Shown here in pieces: positions 20,389-31,400 of a stretch of DNA of 64,000 nt. Position 1 is the stretch's first letter. Every line of letters starts with the position of its first letter. Both the position numbers and the translations under genes were made by a program. The notes beneath the pieces were generated by a model. It did not search any database and was not told the DNA's origin. It was given only the letters and a program-made list of their open reading frames with translations. The stretch is from an uncultured Planctomycetota bacterium (GTDB taxonomy: Bacteria; Planctomycetota; Planctomycetia; Isosphaerales; Isosphaeraceae), in the NCBI GenBank assembly GCA_963823665.1, contig CAWGMQ010000005.1, positions 832,001 through 896,000 on the forward strand, in the 5' to 3' direction.

Positions 20389-20485
20389 CTAAACCGAAAT
20401 CCGCTCGACGACCTTCCGGGTGACTTTCCTGCGGCGCCGGTCATAGAGCCTTGTTGTTCTGGGGTCGGCGTGGCCGGCTAGCCAG
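20389..20485 (-). pseudogene. C-terminal scrap of a tyrosine recombinase
   Basis: Reads WLAGHADPRTTRLYDRRRRKVTRKVVERISV*. Confidence 0.75.
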
Positions 20486-21114
20486 TTCGAGTTGTGGAGG
20501 CATTGTTCCATGGTAAAAGACCACGGGGCGGTTCACAGTGCGCGCGGGGCGGCGTTTGCGCCGCCGAGTCCGTCGACGCGACCTAGCGACGCTGAATCGC
20601 CGCGCGAAGCAGGGCGCACATAAGAGCCGAGGTCGAACAAGACCTCAACCACTTGATGTCCACGGTTACCGATCCGCGTGAGGCCATTCTCGAGGCGCTC
20701 CGCGAGTTGTGGGGCGGTGAGATCCCGCCTGGTTTTCTCAAGTGAGGGGAAAACCGCTGTCCAGCAGTAGGGGGTTGGATGGAATGTCGCGGGTCGACCT
20801 GCGGGAGCGATCCGCCAGGTCGACCCGGCGTCTAATACCTGTCCTCTATGAATCACTCGTCTCGGATGGCCGAATGATTCGACACCGCCCGATGCGGCAC
20901 CTCGATTGATCCAGTCTAATCCAGACACGGACGTTGCACAAATCGCAAAGCCAGCGCTTCCCCGACCAAGTGTGGCTACTTCTGCAAATCTTCTGCACAC
21001 ATTGCCCGTGTCAGCCCAATGCGACCACAATGCGATCCACGGCCGCAGGCTGTCGTAGACCTCGGCAAAACCCCTGAAATCTACGTCAAATCAACTTCAG
21101 CCCAACGCGAGACT

Positions 21115-21184
21115 GATGGCAGACGCGCCGGACTCAAAATGCGGTCCCTGTAATGGGGTGTGGGTTCAAGTCCCACCTTCGGTA
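21115..21184 (+). pseudogene. tRNA-Leu(CAA) 3' fragment (att-site scar)
   Basis: TGGCAGACGCGCCGGA-CTCAAAA-...GTGGGTTCAAGTCCCACCTTCGGTA; the 5' acceptor strand is absent. Confidence 0.75.
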
Positions 21185-21624
21185 CTGAAATCGGCTACTT
21201 CTTGTCGACCACCAGAACCCCGCTCGGCGCGATCAGCGAAGATGTGCTGTCGAATGTGAGTCGGATCTGGTTGATGACGCCTGTCAGGCCAAGGAGGTTC
21301 CGGGGACGCACCGGTCTGGCGTTGGGATCACCCAGGAAGTAACAAGGGAAGATAGGCTCGGTCGCGTTCAACCAGCGCGCCATTACTGTTTTTCCGTGAT
21401 GTTCAAAGCTCGGTATCTTGGCGCCATTGGCGACCAGAAATCGGCATAAGCAGAGGTTCCCTCCCGTGTGTGCGAGCATGTCGAGAGGCGTCACGATCAA
21501 CAAGCCATAAAACGTCGCTTTCGCGTCGATGTCGGCCCCGCTTCGTAGCGTTAGCTCTCCCACCTTGACTTCATATTCTTCTGTTGCGACATTACTGACG
21601 GATCGCCACCGAGGAGGTCCCACG

Positions 21625-24600
21625 ATGATGGGGCGAAGCGCGTTCCGACTGGGCCTTGGAGGATTCTCTGGGATCGTTACGGCATGGCTTGCCGCCGCTT
21701 CGGCCTGCGCAAGCGAGGGGTATGCCCTGAGCCGTGGCCAGTACTGGCTGACCGACTGGGCGGCCAAGCCAGTAAACTCGCTGGTGGCCGACGTTGACGG
21801 CGATGGGCGGGCCGATTTGGTTGCCTTCGACCCCAGGGGGGACGCATCGCTCTGGGTCCATCGCACCTCGATCCTTGGCAAGCCGACCCCGCAGGTGGCG
21901 GCCCGCGAGCGATTCGGCCGCGAGGGCTTGGCGGCGATCGCCGGACGGTTCACAAAGGGCGCGGGCGAGGATGTGCTTGCGGTCTTCGCCGACGGCTCGG
22001 TGCGCGTCGCCTGGGGCACGCGTCGGGGACATGCGGCCTACGAGCGAGACGACCTCGCCGTGACGATCGCGCCCGGCATGAGGCCGCGTCCGCCGATTCG
22101 CCTGGTGGCGGGCGAATTCGACGGCGACGGCCTGGCTGATGCCGTCGTTGTAGACGATTCCGGAAAGGTGCTCCTCCTGCGCAACGAAACGGCCGGCGCC
22201 TCGCCGCCCAGGTTCCGGTGCGAGGAGGTCGAAGGCACCGTGCCGCCGAAGGTTGCCCAGCTAACCGCCGGCCACTTTGTCGCCGGCGGTCGGGCCGAGC
22301 TTGTCTGGAAGGACGGAGCGAACATAGTCTTCCGGGCAGGCCTGACGTTCTCGCCTGGCGCACACCCCCGCCTCGACCCGGCAACCCGGCTTATGACCGC
22401 GGCGCCAGCCGAAAAGGTCATGGTCGGCCGCTTTCTCGGCGCGGCGACGTGCGACGTGCTCATCGGCCATCGTCTGCTTCCGGGGGGTGTTCCGTCGCGT
22501 GCCTTCGAGGTGACGACCCTCCCGACGGCCGCGGAGATGAAGGGAGACCGTCGCTGGATCGTCGGCGACTTCGACGGCAACGGCCGCGACGACCTGCTCC
22601 GTCAGCGAGAGTCAGACACGCCGTTCGCCGGCTGGGTCGCCCCCGAGCAGCCTTGGTGGTCAAGTCACTATTCGCGATGGACCGACCCATTCCTCGCGCA
22701 CGATACGCTGATCCACTTCTCCTCGCTCGAGGGTGACCAGCACAAGGGCTTTATTTCCTCGTCCGGCGACGGCCTGCTCGATGACTGGAAGACTGGCCGC
22801 GTGCGGCCGGGTGGCCTTGATCTGAAGTCCATCGGCTGCCGGGTCGGGCGCCGCGACGTGATCGTCGAGGTCGAGCGGATCGATTCGATCAACTTCGATC
22901 GGCTCAAGGCGGAGGTCGATTTTACGGTTCGCGCCTTCGCCCAGGCGCACGTGCCAAACCCGGACGGCAGCCGCGGGATCGCTGTGCACGTGATCTACCG
23001 TGAGCCGACGCCTCATAGCCGAGTTGACGACGTCCGACGGCGGATCTTTCACGATTATCCCCAAAAGGAGCATCGGGGCGTCGTCCACACGATGTTTTGC
23101 GTCGATCCGCGCGACCAGGGATTCGGCACCGCGATGATGATGAGCGCCGTCGGTAGCTTCACGACCAACGACGTGATTCTGGACGTCATGACCCACGAGT
23201 TCGGCCACGAGCTTGGCCTCAACCACGACGGCTATCAGCCGCACAATTGTCCGATCTATCCGAGCCTGATGAGCTACACCTACCAAGATAAACTCAACGG
23301 TCGGGCCGAGTTGAAGCAGCTTTCGAGCGGAGCGCTGGGGTCGATCTTGCTTGACGAGCGACGACTCTCGGAGCGCCTGCCGGTGCCGATCGAGCGGGTT
23401 CGGTTTCTGGCCAACGAACCGTACTTCTACCAGTTGCGGCCTGCGGGCGGATCGACCCTGGTCGACTGGAACTGGAACGGAGTCTTCGGGGAGGAGGGTG
23501 TGGTCGCTGACATCAATTACAGCCATTTCACCGATATCGGTCGCCGTAGATACGAGCTCGGAGCGAGCGAGACGGCGCCCGCGCTGGCAACCGTGGGTGA
23601 CGGGCCAGCGGAGCGACTGCTGCTCTTCTCCAGCATCGTGCGCGGCAATTCGCCCCGCCCTGCCCCGGACGCCCCCGCCGCTGCCGCGAACCTCGGCCGC
23701 GAGCGTCCGGGTGCACTCGTCGTCCAAGCGTGGCAGGGTGAGGACCGCGACCGCGACGGTAAGCGGTGGTCAACCGAGACGGTGGTTGAGGCGAACGGCG
23801 TCATCGGCGACCCGACTGCGGTGTCGGGTCGCAGCGCGGTCTGGGTCGCTTACCCCACGGCGGCCGGGGTTCGCCTGCGGCCGGTGGCACTCGGACGTCA
23901 GGCAGACGCGACCCCCCGGGTCGGAGCGCCAGTGCCGATCGAGCAAAGCAATGGGGCGGACCCCTCACTTTCCACCCTTGGCGATGGCCTGGCCCTCTTT
24001 CTGTGGCGCGGGCCGGGCCGGCCGGTCGGCGTGCGCCGACTCGCGCCCACGGCGACCGGGCTCGAGGTGGGCCCGGAGCTCGAGCTGCCGATCGACAGTG
24101 TCGTACCCGTCGCGGCGGTGGCCGGCCCCAAGCGTGGGCTACTCCCGACGGTCTGGGTCGCGTCAATCGGCGGACCCGACCCACAGCATCCCCGGGCGGT
24201 AATTCACCATTACGCCTCCGAGGGCGGCGGCCGCGCGCGGTTTCTCGAGGTCGGGTCGAACGTGGTCGACGGCTCGTTCGCCCGGCGCCCTTTGGCCCTG
24301 CTCTGGCGCCCCGAACACGGGCTCGAGGCGGGGCGAATCTACGTTTTCGCGGGCGGACGGTACTGGGTTGAGAACCGTATCGAGGCAGTTGCTACCCCGT
24401 GGGCCGAACAGACGGTCTCGATCAACGTGCGCGACGGCCCCCGGAACGGCTGGCTCCATCGCAGGTATTACGCGCCCGGCGAGTTCGACAGCCGCTCGGC
24501 CCCCGGCGTCTGCTGGTTTCGCGACGACATCGCCTACGCCAACCGCCTGCATTCCTCTCGCCCCGACCAGAACGATCGCCTCCTCCTCGGCTTCACTGCT

Positions 24601-24693
24601 ACCGGCGCCTTTGACACGATGACCGACTTCAACGACTTCGCCTTCATCGCCGAGATCGGCCTCTCCCATTCGCTCATGACGGTATCCGAATAG
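21625..24693 (+). CDS. Secreted FG-GAP/VCBS-repeat protein with a metzincin zinc-protease motif
   Basis: RBS GAGGAGG; DVDGDGRADL, FDGDGLAD and GDFDGNGRDDL repeats; HEFGHELGLNH followed by Met-turn SLMSY. Confidence 0.8.
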   Translation: MMGRSAFRLGLGGFSGIVTAWLAAASACASEGYALSRGQYWLTDWAAKPVNSLVADVDGDGRADLVAFDPRGDASLWVHRTSILGKPTPQVAARERFGREGLAAIAGRFTKGAGEDVLAVFADGSVRVAWGTRRGHAAYERDDLAVTIAPGMRPRPPIRLVAGEFDGDGLADAVVVDDSGKVLLLRNETAGASPPRFRCEEVEGTVPPKVAQLTAGHFVAGGRAELVWKDGANIVFRAGLTFSPGAHPRLDPATRLMTAAPAEKVMVGRFLGAATCDVLIGHRLLPGGVPSRAFEVTTLPTAAEMKGDRRWIVGDFDGNGRDDLLRQRESDTPFAGWVAPEQPWWSSHYSRWTDPFLAHDTLIHFSSLEGDQHKGFISSSGDGLLDDWKTGRVRPGGLDLKSIGCRVGRRDVIVEVERIDSINFDRLKAEVDFTVRAFAQAHVPNPDGSRGIAVHVIYREPTPHSRVDDVRRRIFHDYPQKEHRGVVHTMFCVDPRDQGFGTAMMMSAVGSFTTNDVILDVMTHEFGHELGLNHDGYQPHNCPIYPSLMSYTYQDKLNGRAELKQLSSGALGSILLDERRLSERLPVPIERVRFLANEPYFYQLRPAGGSTLVDWNWNGVFGEEGVVADINYSHFTDIGRRRYELGASETAPALATVGDGPAERLLLFSSIVRGNSPRPAPDAPAAAANLGRERPGALVVQAWQGEDRDRDGKRWSTETVVEANGVIGDPTAVSGRSAVWVAYPTAAGVRLRPVALGRQADATPRVGAPVPIEQSNGADPSLSTLGDGLALFLWRGPGRPVGVRRLAPTATGLEVGPELELPIDSVVPVAAVAGPKRGLLPTVWVASIGGPDPQHPRAVIHHYASEGGGRARFLEVGSNVVDGSFARRPLALLWRPEHGLEAGRIYVFAGGRYWVENRIEAVATPWAEQTVSINVRDGPRNGWLHRRYYAPGEFDSRSAPGVCWFRDDIAYANRLHSSRPDQNDRLLLGFTATGAFDTMTDFNDFAFIAEIGLSHSLMTVSE

Positions 24694-24940
24694 TAAGCGA
24701 GAAAACGAAGTTACCCACGATTCCGACGACGAGGGCCGCGAGGAAACCGCTCCGTCAGCGCATCACCCACGAACAAGCCTGTACGGGCCTCCATTCGGAC
24801 GCGAGTTGGGAACAAATTGGGAACAGTATTGGCAACGTCAGCCCCATGCGGCCACAATGCGAAAACACCAAGGTGGCGACGTGCGCGCCTTGGATTCGCA
24901 GACTTTAAGCACCACCGCAACGTGTTTCCAATGCGACGGC

Positions 24941-24971
24941 GATGGCAGACGCGCCGGACGCAAAATCCGGT
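24941..24971 (+). repeat. Second 31-bp tRNA-Leu-derived att-like repeat
   Basis: GATGGCAGACGCGCCGGACGCAAAATCCGGT vs 21115-21145 (2 mismatches). Confidence 0.7.
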
Positions 24972-25210
24972 TGGTGTCACCCGTTTTCGTTCAGCTCCTG
25001 CCTGTGGATGTCGACGCCAGTAGCGCTGCACGCTGAAAGTCTTTGGCGATGTCTGGCTCCTCACGCTCTCGCGTATCGACCGCGAGCTCGGGTGCGCTGG
25101 AGCAACCGGAATCGCCCGACAGCGCACGAGTTTGACATTCAAGCTCGACTGGTTCTACGAGTTCGTCCGCGATCCAGTAGATCCCTGCGCACTCATCGAC
25201 ACGATGGCGT

Positions 25211-25534
25211 CTATGCGCAAGAGGCGCGTCGACCTGTGCCGCGGTAGTGGCGCAAGAGTTGCTCGTCCAGGAACAAGGCGACGAGTTCGCCCTCTGTCAA
25301 ACGCAGAAACTGGAGCTGGTATTTGGGTTTGGTGTAGGAGAAGCCGTGCTTCCGCGGGTCGAAGTCGATCGGCGCGTCGAGCCGTTCGCGCATCAATTCG
25401 GAGTTGCGCCGGATTGTGCTCAGGCTGACTTCAAGCCTTTCGCCCAGAACGCGGGCGTTGGGCCACGAACTCTCGCGGGGCGCGTGGTCGATTGCCACAA
25501 TTCGAGCCAGAGCGGGGCGTGCGGCGAGGCGCAT
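25211..25534 (-). pseudogene. N-terminal wHTH fragment of a WYL (PafB/YafY-like) regulator
   Basis: WPNA..L...LEVS..TIRR....MR.RL.API.FD....G..Y.....LTEGELVAL; WYL domain is missing. Confidence 0.7.
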
Positions 25535-25852
25535 GGCAAAGCCTCCCCTCATTCGACCGTCGGGTAACCTAGTCGCGCCCGTCGCGACTCGCCGATCGAG
25601 TGCTCACGGCACTGTATTACTGCGTACCGTAGGACAAAGATCGTCCGCGGTTCCGGCGCGGGGATTTATTTTGGGATTTGCTCCCTGACCAGTCGCTTCG
25701 TTGGACTGGTGCGGGACGTGGGTGAATATCGCAACGGGGGTGAAGCGAATCGTCAGGCTAAAGCCCGACCTACATAGTCGATGTGCTCAGCCGGGCTTGT
25801 GCGATGCGAGCAACCGCCGGATCTGGGCAGCGGGTTTGCAGGTAGCCCATGT

Positions 25853-26178
25853 GTCCTGGGGCTCACGCACGTGAGTCCTGGGGCTCACGCCCTCGAATCC
25901 TGGGGCTCACGATCTCGAATCCTGGGGCTCACGATCTCGAATCCTGGGGCTCACGATCTCGAATCCTGGGGTTCACGCCGCCAGGCTCTATGATATCGCA
26001 CCCTTCGGGGCTCGGGAGGGAAACGGCCGGACCATTCGTCTGTCCTGGGGCTCACGCACGTCAGTCCTGGGGCTCACGCCCTCGAAACCTGGGGCTCACG
26101 CCGCCAGGCTTCATGATATCGCACCCTTCGGGGCTCGGGAGGGAAACGGCCGGACCGTTCGTCTGTCCTGGGGCTCAC
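25853..26178. repeat. Nested tandem repeat cluster (22-bp CCTGGGGCTCACG units inside ~123-bp units), REP/REPIN-like
   Basis: About 10 copies of CCTGGGGCTCAC; the block CCAGGCT..ATGATATCGCACCCTTCGGGGCTCGGGAGGGAAACGGCCGGACC occurs twice. Confidence 0.85.
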
Positions 26179-26189
26179 ACCCGTGCGGC

Positions 26190-26741
26190 TCAACGGGAAA
26201 GGCCCCTTTCAGATGCCTGCTCCAGCGACAGTGTCAGCCGCAATTCCAGCGCCCGGGCGTATTTCATAAGCGTCGCCAAGGTCGGATTGGACTGCTTGCC
26301 GGCCTCGAGCCGGCTCAGAGCTGCTTTGTCGATCTTCGATCGCGCGGCGAGTTGTTCCAGGCTCCAACCGCGGGCGAGGCGCTCGTCGCGCAAGCGTGAG
26401 ATGAACTGACTGAAAGCGGCCGAATCCTCGACGGTCGTTTTCTCGCGCTCGCTCACGGTGGCGATTCGGCCCGTCTCACGATACTCGCGGTCGAGGATGT
26501 CGCCGTTGGCCGCGCTCTTTGACCGCGCTTCGGGCGTCTGCGAGCGCGCGACGATCGCTTCGATCTTAGCGCGTTTATCACGAGGCATCTTACCAAGGGC
26601 TTCGAGCGTGCGTTTCGAAAGCCTGACGGGGTCGATGTCAGTCCCCGTAGGCTTTGACCGGGTACGACGTTCTCGGCCGGATGATGATGTACTCACATCG
26701 GTAACCCAAAGCGCCGTGAAGCCGCGTTGATTATAATACAA
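26190..26741 (-). CDS. XRE-family HTH protein (start uncertain)
   Basis: LRDERLARGWSLEQLAARSKIDKAALSRLEAGKQSNPT. Confidence 0.75.
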   Translation of the reverse strand: MYYNQRGFTALWVTDVSTSSSGRERRTRSKPTGTDIDPVRLSKRTLEALGKMPRDKRAKIEAIVARSQTPEARSKSAANGDILDREYRETGRIATVSEREKTTVEDSAAFSQFISRLRDERLARGWSLEQLAARSKIDKAALSRLEAGKQSNPTLATLMKYARALELRLTLSLEQASERGLSR

Positions 26742-27662
26742 CGTCGTAACAGGCCCTGCAATGTCAGTCCGATGCCACCTCGTCCCTCGTAAACTGGTGG
26801 GCCTGTGGCCGTGCGGGCGCGGAGGGGATTGCGCGCGAAGGGCGGTGGGGCGAATTGTCAGGCTAAAGCCTGACCTACGATTTGCTCCCTGCCGGGTTCA
26901 CACCTGGCTGAATACCGCCAAGCTGGTATTCGGGTTCGTGTCACGGGCGGGACCTCGAAGAATTCGACGTCGACATCTTTTTGGAAACTGGGACGGGCGT
27001 TTTGTAGATCATTTATGGTCGAGGCGGAGGGCGGAGGGCGGAGGAATCTTACTCGAAATGGACGAATACCACATCTTTTGCGCAAATGGATTGGGGCGTT
27101 TGTAGATCATCTATGGTAGAGGCCAAGGGTACCGTCATTTTTCATGTCAAAGGGAGCTGGATCGCCTTGAAACATGATCACTCCAAACCTTCGCGCTGGA
27201 GCGTGTGCGTTGTTGATGGCCGGAGCGGACGACTGGGTCGGGATCACACCCTTCCTCGAGCCGGTGGGTTACACCCACCCTACTTCGAGCGGGGGTTTAC
27301 ACTACTGTACAGATGCTGGAGGACCCACGAAAACGCGCCACTTTGCGCCACGATTGGAGGGGGGCAACGGCTGTCGAAGGGCGGAAAGGGCGTGCCACAT
27401 GTCGAAGTGGCACAGGAGGATCGGAATTTTCCAGCGGGCCTTCCGAGTGTTCGACTACACCGTGGCGCGGGTCGTACCAAAGCGCCACGCAGGGTCGGGG
27501 GTCTTGTTCACTATGTTTAACCGAGGTTGCTTCAAGCGGATTTCCGCGCCGGTTTTGGCCGTGTGGCGGTGCGGATTGGGCGGAGAGACACGGGTGGAGC
27601 GAGAAACACAAGAATACGCGCCGGAATTGCGGCCGGGGCGTGGAATGGAAAGGTGAAGGCGA

Positions 27663-28061
27663 GTGATGGATATGCATGAAGTGGATTCCGAGGTGGAAAA
27701 TAAGAAAACTGCGCTTGGAATTGCCATGGGGCGGGGCCAGTCGGTCGCGTCGTGGGCGCGGCAGAACGGGGTGCCCGTGCGGACTGCCCAGCGGTGGGCG
27801 AACGAGACCGCCGTCCGTGAGGCTTCTGATCTGTGGCGGCGGTGCGCGCTGAATCAAGCCATCGGCCGGATGGCTGGAAAGGCCACCAAGGCGGTTGATG
27901 GGATTGAAAGGCTGGCGAAGGGGGCCGATTCGGAGTCGGTTCGGCTCAGCGCCTGGCGGGCCATTCTGGCGGACCAGATGACCCTGGCCAAGTTTTCGAC
28001 TTTAGAGCATCGAATGACGGAGCTTGAGGAGACGCGGAAACGGGCGGAGGGATCGATGTAA
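27663..28061 (+). CDS. Small HTH hypothetical protein (terminase-small-subunit-like)
   Basis: G.SVASWARQNGVPVRTAQRW HTH followed by 'SESVRLSAWRAIL'. Confidence 0.55.
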   Translation: MMDMHEVDSEVENKKTALGIAMGRGQSVASWARQNGVPVRTAQRWANETAVREASDLWRRCALNQAIGRMAGKATKAVDGIERLAKGADSESVRLSAWRAILADQMTLAKFSTLEHRMTELEETRKRAEGSM

Positions 28062-28436
28062 ATGATTCCGCAAAGCAACGCGCTTCGATCCGCGGTTTCG
28101 AGCATGTCGCGATTCATCGCAGTTTTTCGAAACCCTGGACTTCGGCGTATTTCCGTGACAGACTTCGCAGGCACGGCTGCAAACCTTCCTCCCGCGGCCG
28201 CGGTCCCCTTTTCCGTGGTTCGAAGCGGTCCTATGATCATTACGATCGGCTTCTTGCGCCTGGGCGGAAGACCAATGCCGGCCCGGTACGAATGCGGTGC
28301 CTGAGCGATCGTGATGCGCGGGCCGTCCTAAGTAACGCCGCAGGAAACGGATACGTACCGCGCTGGACCATCAAGGTAAAGCAAGATCAGCAGCCCGCCT
28401 GCAAGAAAGCGGCTCGCGCGAGAGAGTTGCACACGC

Positions 28437-31400
28437 ATGTCACAACGAGGCCGACGTTCAGCACGGAGTTTAACGATCGCGCGGTTTTTCAATGGGTGGA
28501 CGAGCGTGCGGCCGACAGCGGTGACCCGGCGGCGACGTGGCGTACGTGTTTTCCTGGCAGCGGAGTGGCTCGAAGGCCGCACGTTGCTGTCGGTGCCGGG
28601 CGCGAACGGCTTGGTGCCGTCAGCCTCGCCCGCAACCAGCTCGGAACTCGGGACGTTCAATCTTCAGCTCCGGTCCGGGTCTCTTCAGGCACTTTCGCAG
28701 TTGATGCCGGTCATCACGGCCGACGGGGCTACGGTCACGGCCACCGCCATCTCCGGGCTCTACGTCGTGCAGACGCCCGATCAGAGCATGGGGCAGCTTG
28801 AAGCGGATCTCTCAAGCAACCCCGCAGTCGCCTATGCAGAGCCGGTGCAAACGTTTCAGATCCAGGCCGCGCCCAACGATCCGGATTACACGAATGGCGA
28901 CCAGTGGCAGTTCACCGGGACCTGGGGTGTCAATGCCCAGGCAGCGTGGAACGTCACGACCGGGTCCGACCAGGTGATCGTCGCCGACGTGGATAGCGGC
29001 CTCAACTACAACATCAAGGACATCTACGACAACGTCTGGCTGAACCAGCCCGAGATCCCGGCCAACGTGATCGGCAACCTCACGGACGTTTACAACGACG
29101 GCGTGATCACCTTCACCGACCTGAATAATCCGGCCAACCAGGGCGCTGGAAAGATTGAGGATACCAATGGCGACGGGATCATCACCGGCACCGACGTTCT
29201 CGCCTCGACGAGCGTCGGCGGCTGGGTGAATTCCAGCGTGCCGGACACGCAGGACGGCGACACGGCTGATCCCAATGACTTCATCGGCTGGAACTACGTG
29301 AACGACACCAACAATCCGATGGATGCCGAAGGCCACGGCACGTTCACCGCCAGCGAGATTGCCGAGATGACCAACAACTCCCTGGGCGGCGCCGGCCTGG
29401 TCTGGAACACGCAGATCATGCCGGTGGCGTTCCTCGACTCTTCCGGAAACGGGACCGATACCGCGGCGGCAGAGGCGGTCGACTACGCGGTCAATCACGG
29501 TGCCAAGGTCATCAACGCGAGCTGGGGTGGCACCGGCACCGATTCCACGATTGAAGCTGCGATTGCATATGCTGATTCTCACGGTGTGATCATCGTCGCT
29601 GCGGCCGGCAATAACGGCGCAGATGATGACACCACGTTCTTCAGCCCCGCCTCCTACTCGGCGCAATATCCCAACGTCATCTCCGTCGCCGCCATCGGCA
29701 CCAATGGCTCGCGGGCAAGTTTCTCCGACTACGGCGTCGGCACGGTTCAGCTCGCGGCTCCGGGTGTGAACGTCTACAGCGCTGCCTCGAACGGCGGCTT
29801 CGGGACGATGAGCGGCACGTCGATGGCCGCGCCCATGGTGACCGGGGCGGTCGCCCTGGTCGAGGCCGCCCATCCGAGCTGGACGATGAGCCAGGTCGTC
29901 GACGCGATCGTCGATACGGTCACTCCCGATCCGTCGCTCGCGGGAGTGGTGACCTCGGGAGGGGTCTTGAACGTCGGAGCCGCAGTCGCCAACACCGACG
30001 GCCCCTACGTGGTGTCGGGCACGCCGGACGGCTCGATCAACACGACCGGCGGCTTCTCGACGGTCCAGTTGACGTTTAACGAGGAAATCAACCCGGCAAC
30101 CTTCACTTCCTCCCAGGTCACCTTCACCGGACCCGGCGGAGTCATCCCGGCCGCAGACTTGACGATCACGGCCGTGAGCGGCTCGAACGATCACGAGTTC
30201 CAGATCTCGTTCCCATCCCAGTCCGCCGCGGGCACCTACAAGCTTACGGTCGGGCCCGACATCCAGGACTGGTACGGGAACGACATGAACCAGAACCGCA
30301 ACGGCGCGAATGGCGAGGCCGCGGACGCGTTCACCGAGACCATCCGGCTCACAGCGCCCGGATCGACTGATTTGCTCAGCATCACGGGTATCCCGACGGT
30401 GACCCCCGCAGGCACCGCGGAGACGTTTACCGTCACCGCGCTTTCGCCGAACGGCGGCACCGATACCAGTTACGCCGGCACGGTGCATTTCACCAGCACC
30501 GATCCCCATGCCGTGCTGCCGGCAAACTATCCCTTCACCGCGGCGAACAACGGCACCCACACGTTCACGGTGACGTTCAAGACGGCCGGCAGAGAGGCGA
30601 TCACCGCGACCGACACCGCGAACCCAGCCATCGCCGGCACCGAGGAGAATTTCATTGTCAGCCCGGGCGCAGCCACATCACTGAAAGTCGCCGGCTTCCC
30701 GACGAGCGACACGGCGGGCACACCGCAGACCTTCACAGTCACGGCGCTCGATACTTACGGGAATGTGGCCACCAGCTACACCGGCACGATCACATTCACC
30801 AGCAGCGATGGTGCAGCCGTCCTCCCGCCCAACACGACAATCGTTCCCGAGGACCAGGGAACGTTCTCGTTCACGGCAACGCTCGAGACCGTGGGAACGC
30901 AGTCGATCACGGCCACCGACACGACGACGTCGAGCATCACGGGAACCGAGTCGAACATCAGCGTCGAGCTCACAGTCCCCAAGTCACTGGTGATCACGGG
31001 CTTCCCGGCGACCGTGACGGCGGGGACCGCGGGCAACGTGACCGTGACGGCCTACAATGCCGACGGCACCGTGACGACCGGTTACACGGGCACTGTTGAC
31101 TTTTCCAGCACGGACGGCAACGCCCTGCTGCCCGCCCCTTATACCTTCACGAGTGCCGACGCGGGAACGCACACGTTTTCGGTCACGCTCGAGACTGCGG
31201 GCTCGCAGTCGATCACCGTCACTGATTCGTCCACGTCGACATTGACCGGCACCGAAACGGGCATCACGGTGCAGCCCGCTGCGCTCGCGAAGCTCCTCGT
31301 CTCAGGGTTCCCGACCAACCCCACCGCGGGAACGGCCCATAACTTCACGGTCACCGCAACCGATGCCTACGGAAACGTGATCACCGGGTATCTGGGCACG

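Noticed and set aside
21115..21184. Functional tRNA-Leu(CAA)
   Set aside because: The 5' acceptor strand and part of the D-arm are missing, and the anticodon stem has a mismatch
25853..26178. Possible CRISPR array
   Set aside because: Units are tandem 22-bp repeats with only ~9-bp, largely identical spacers, and no cas genes are present
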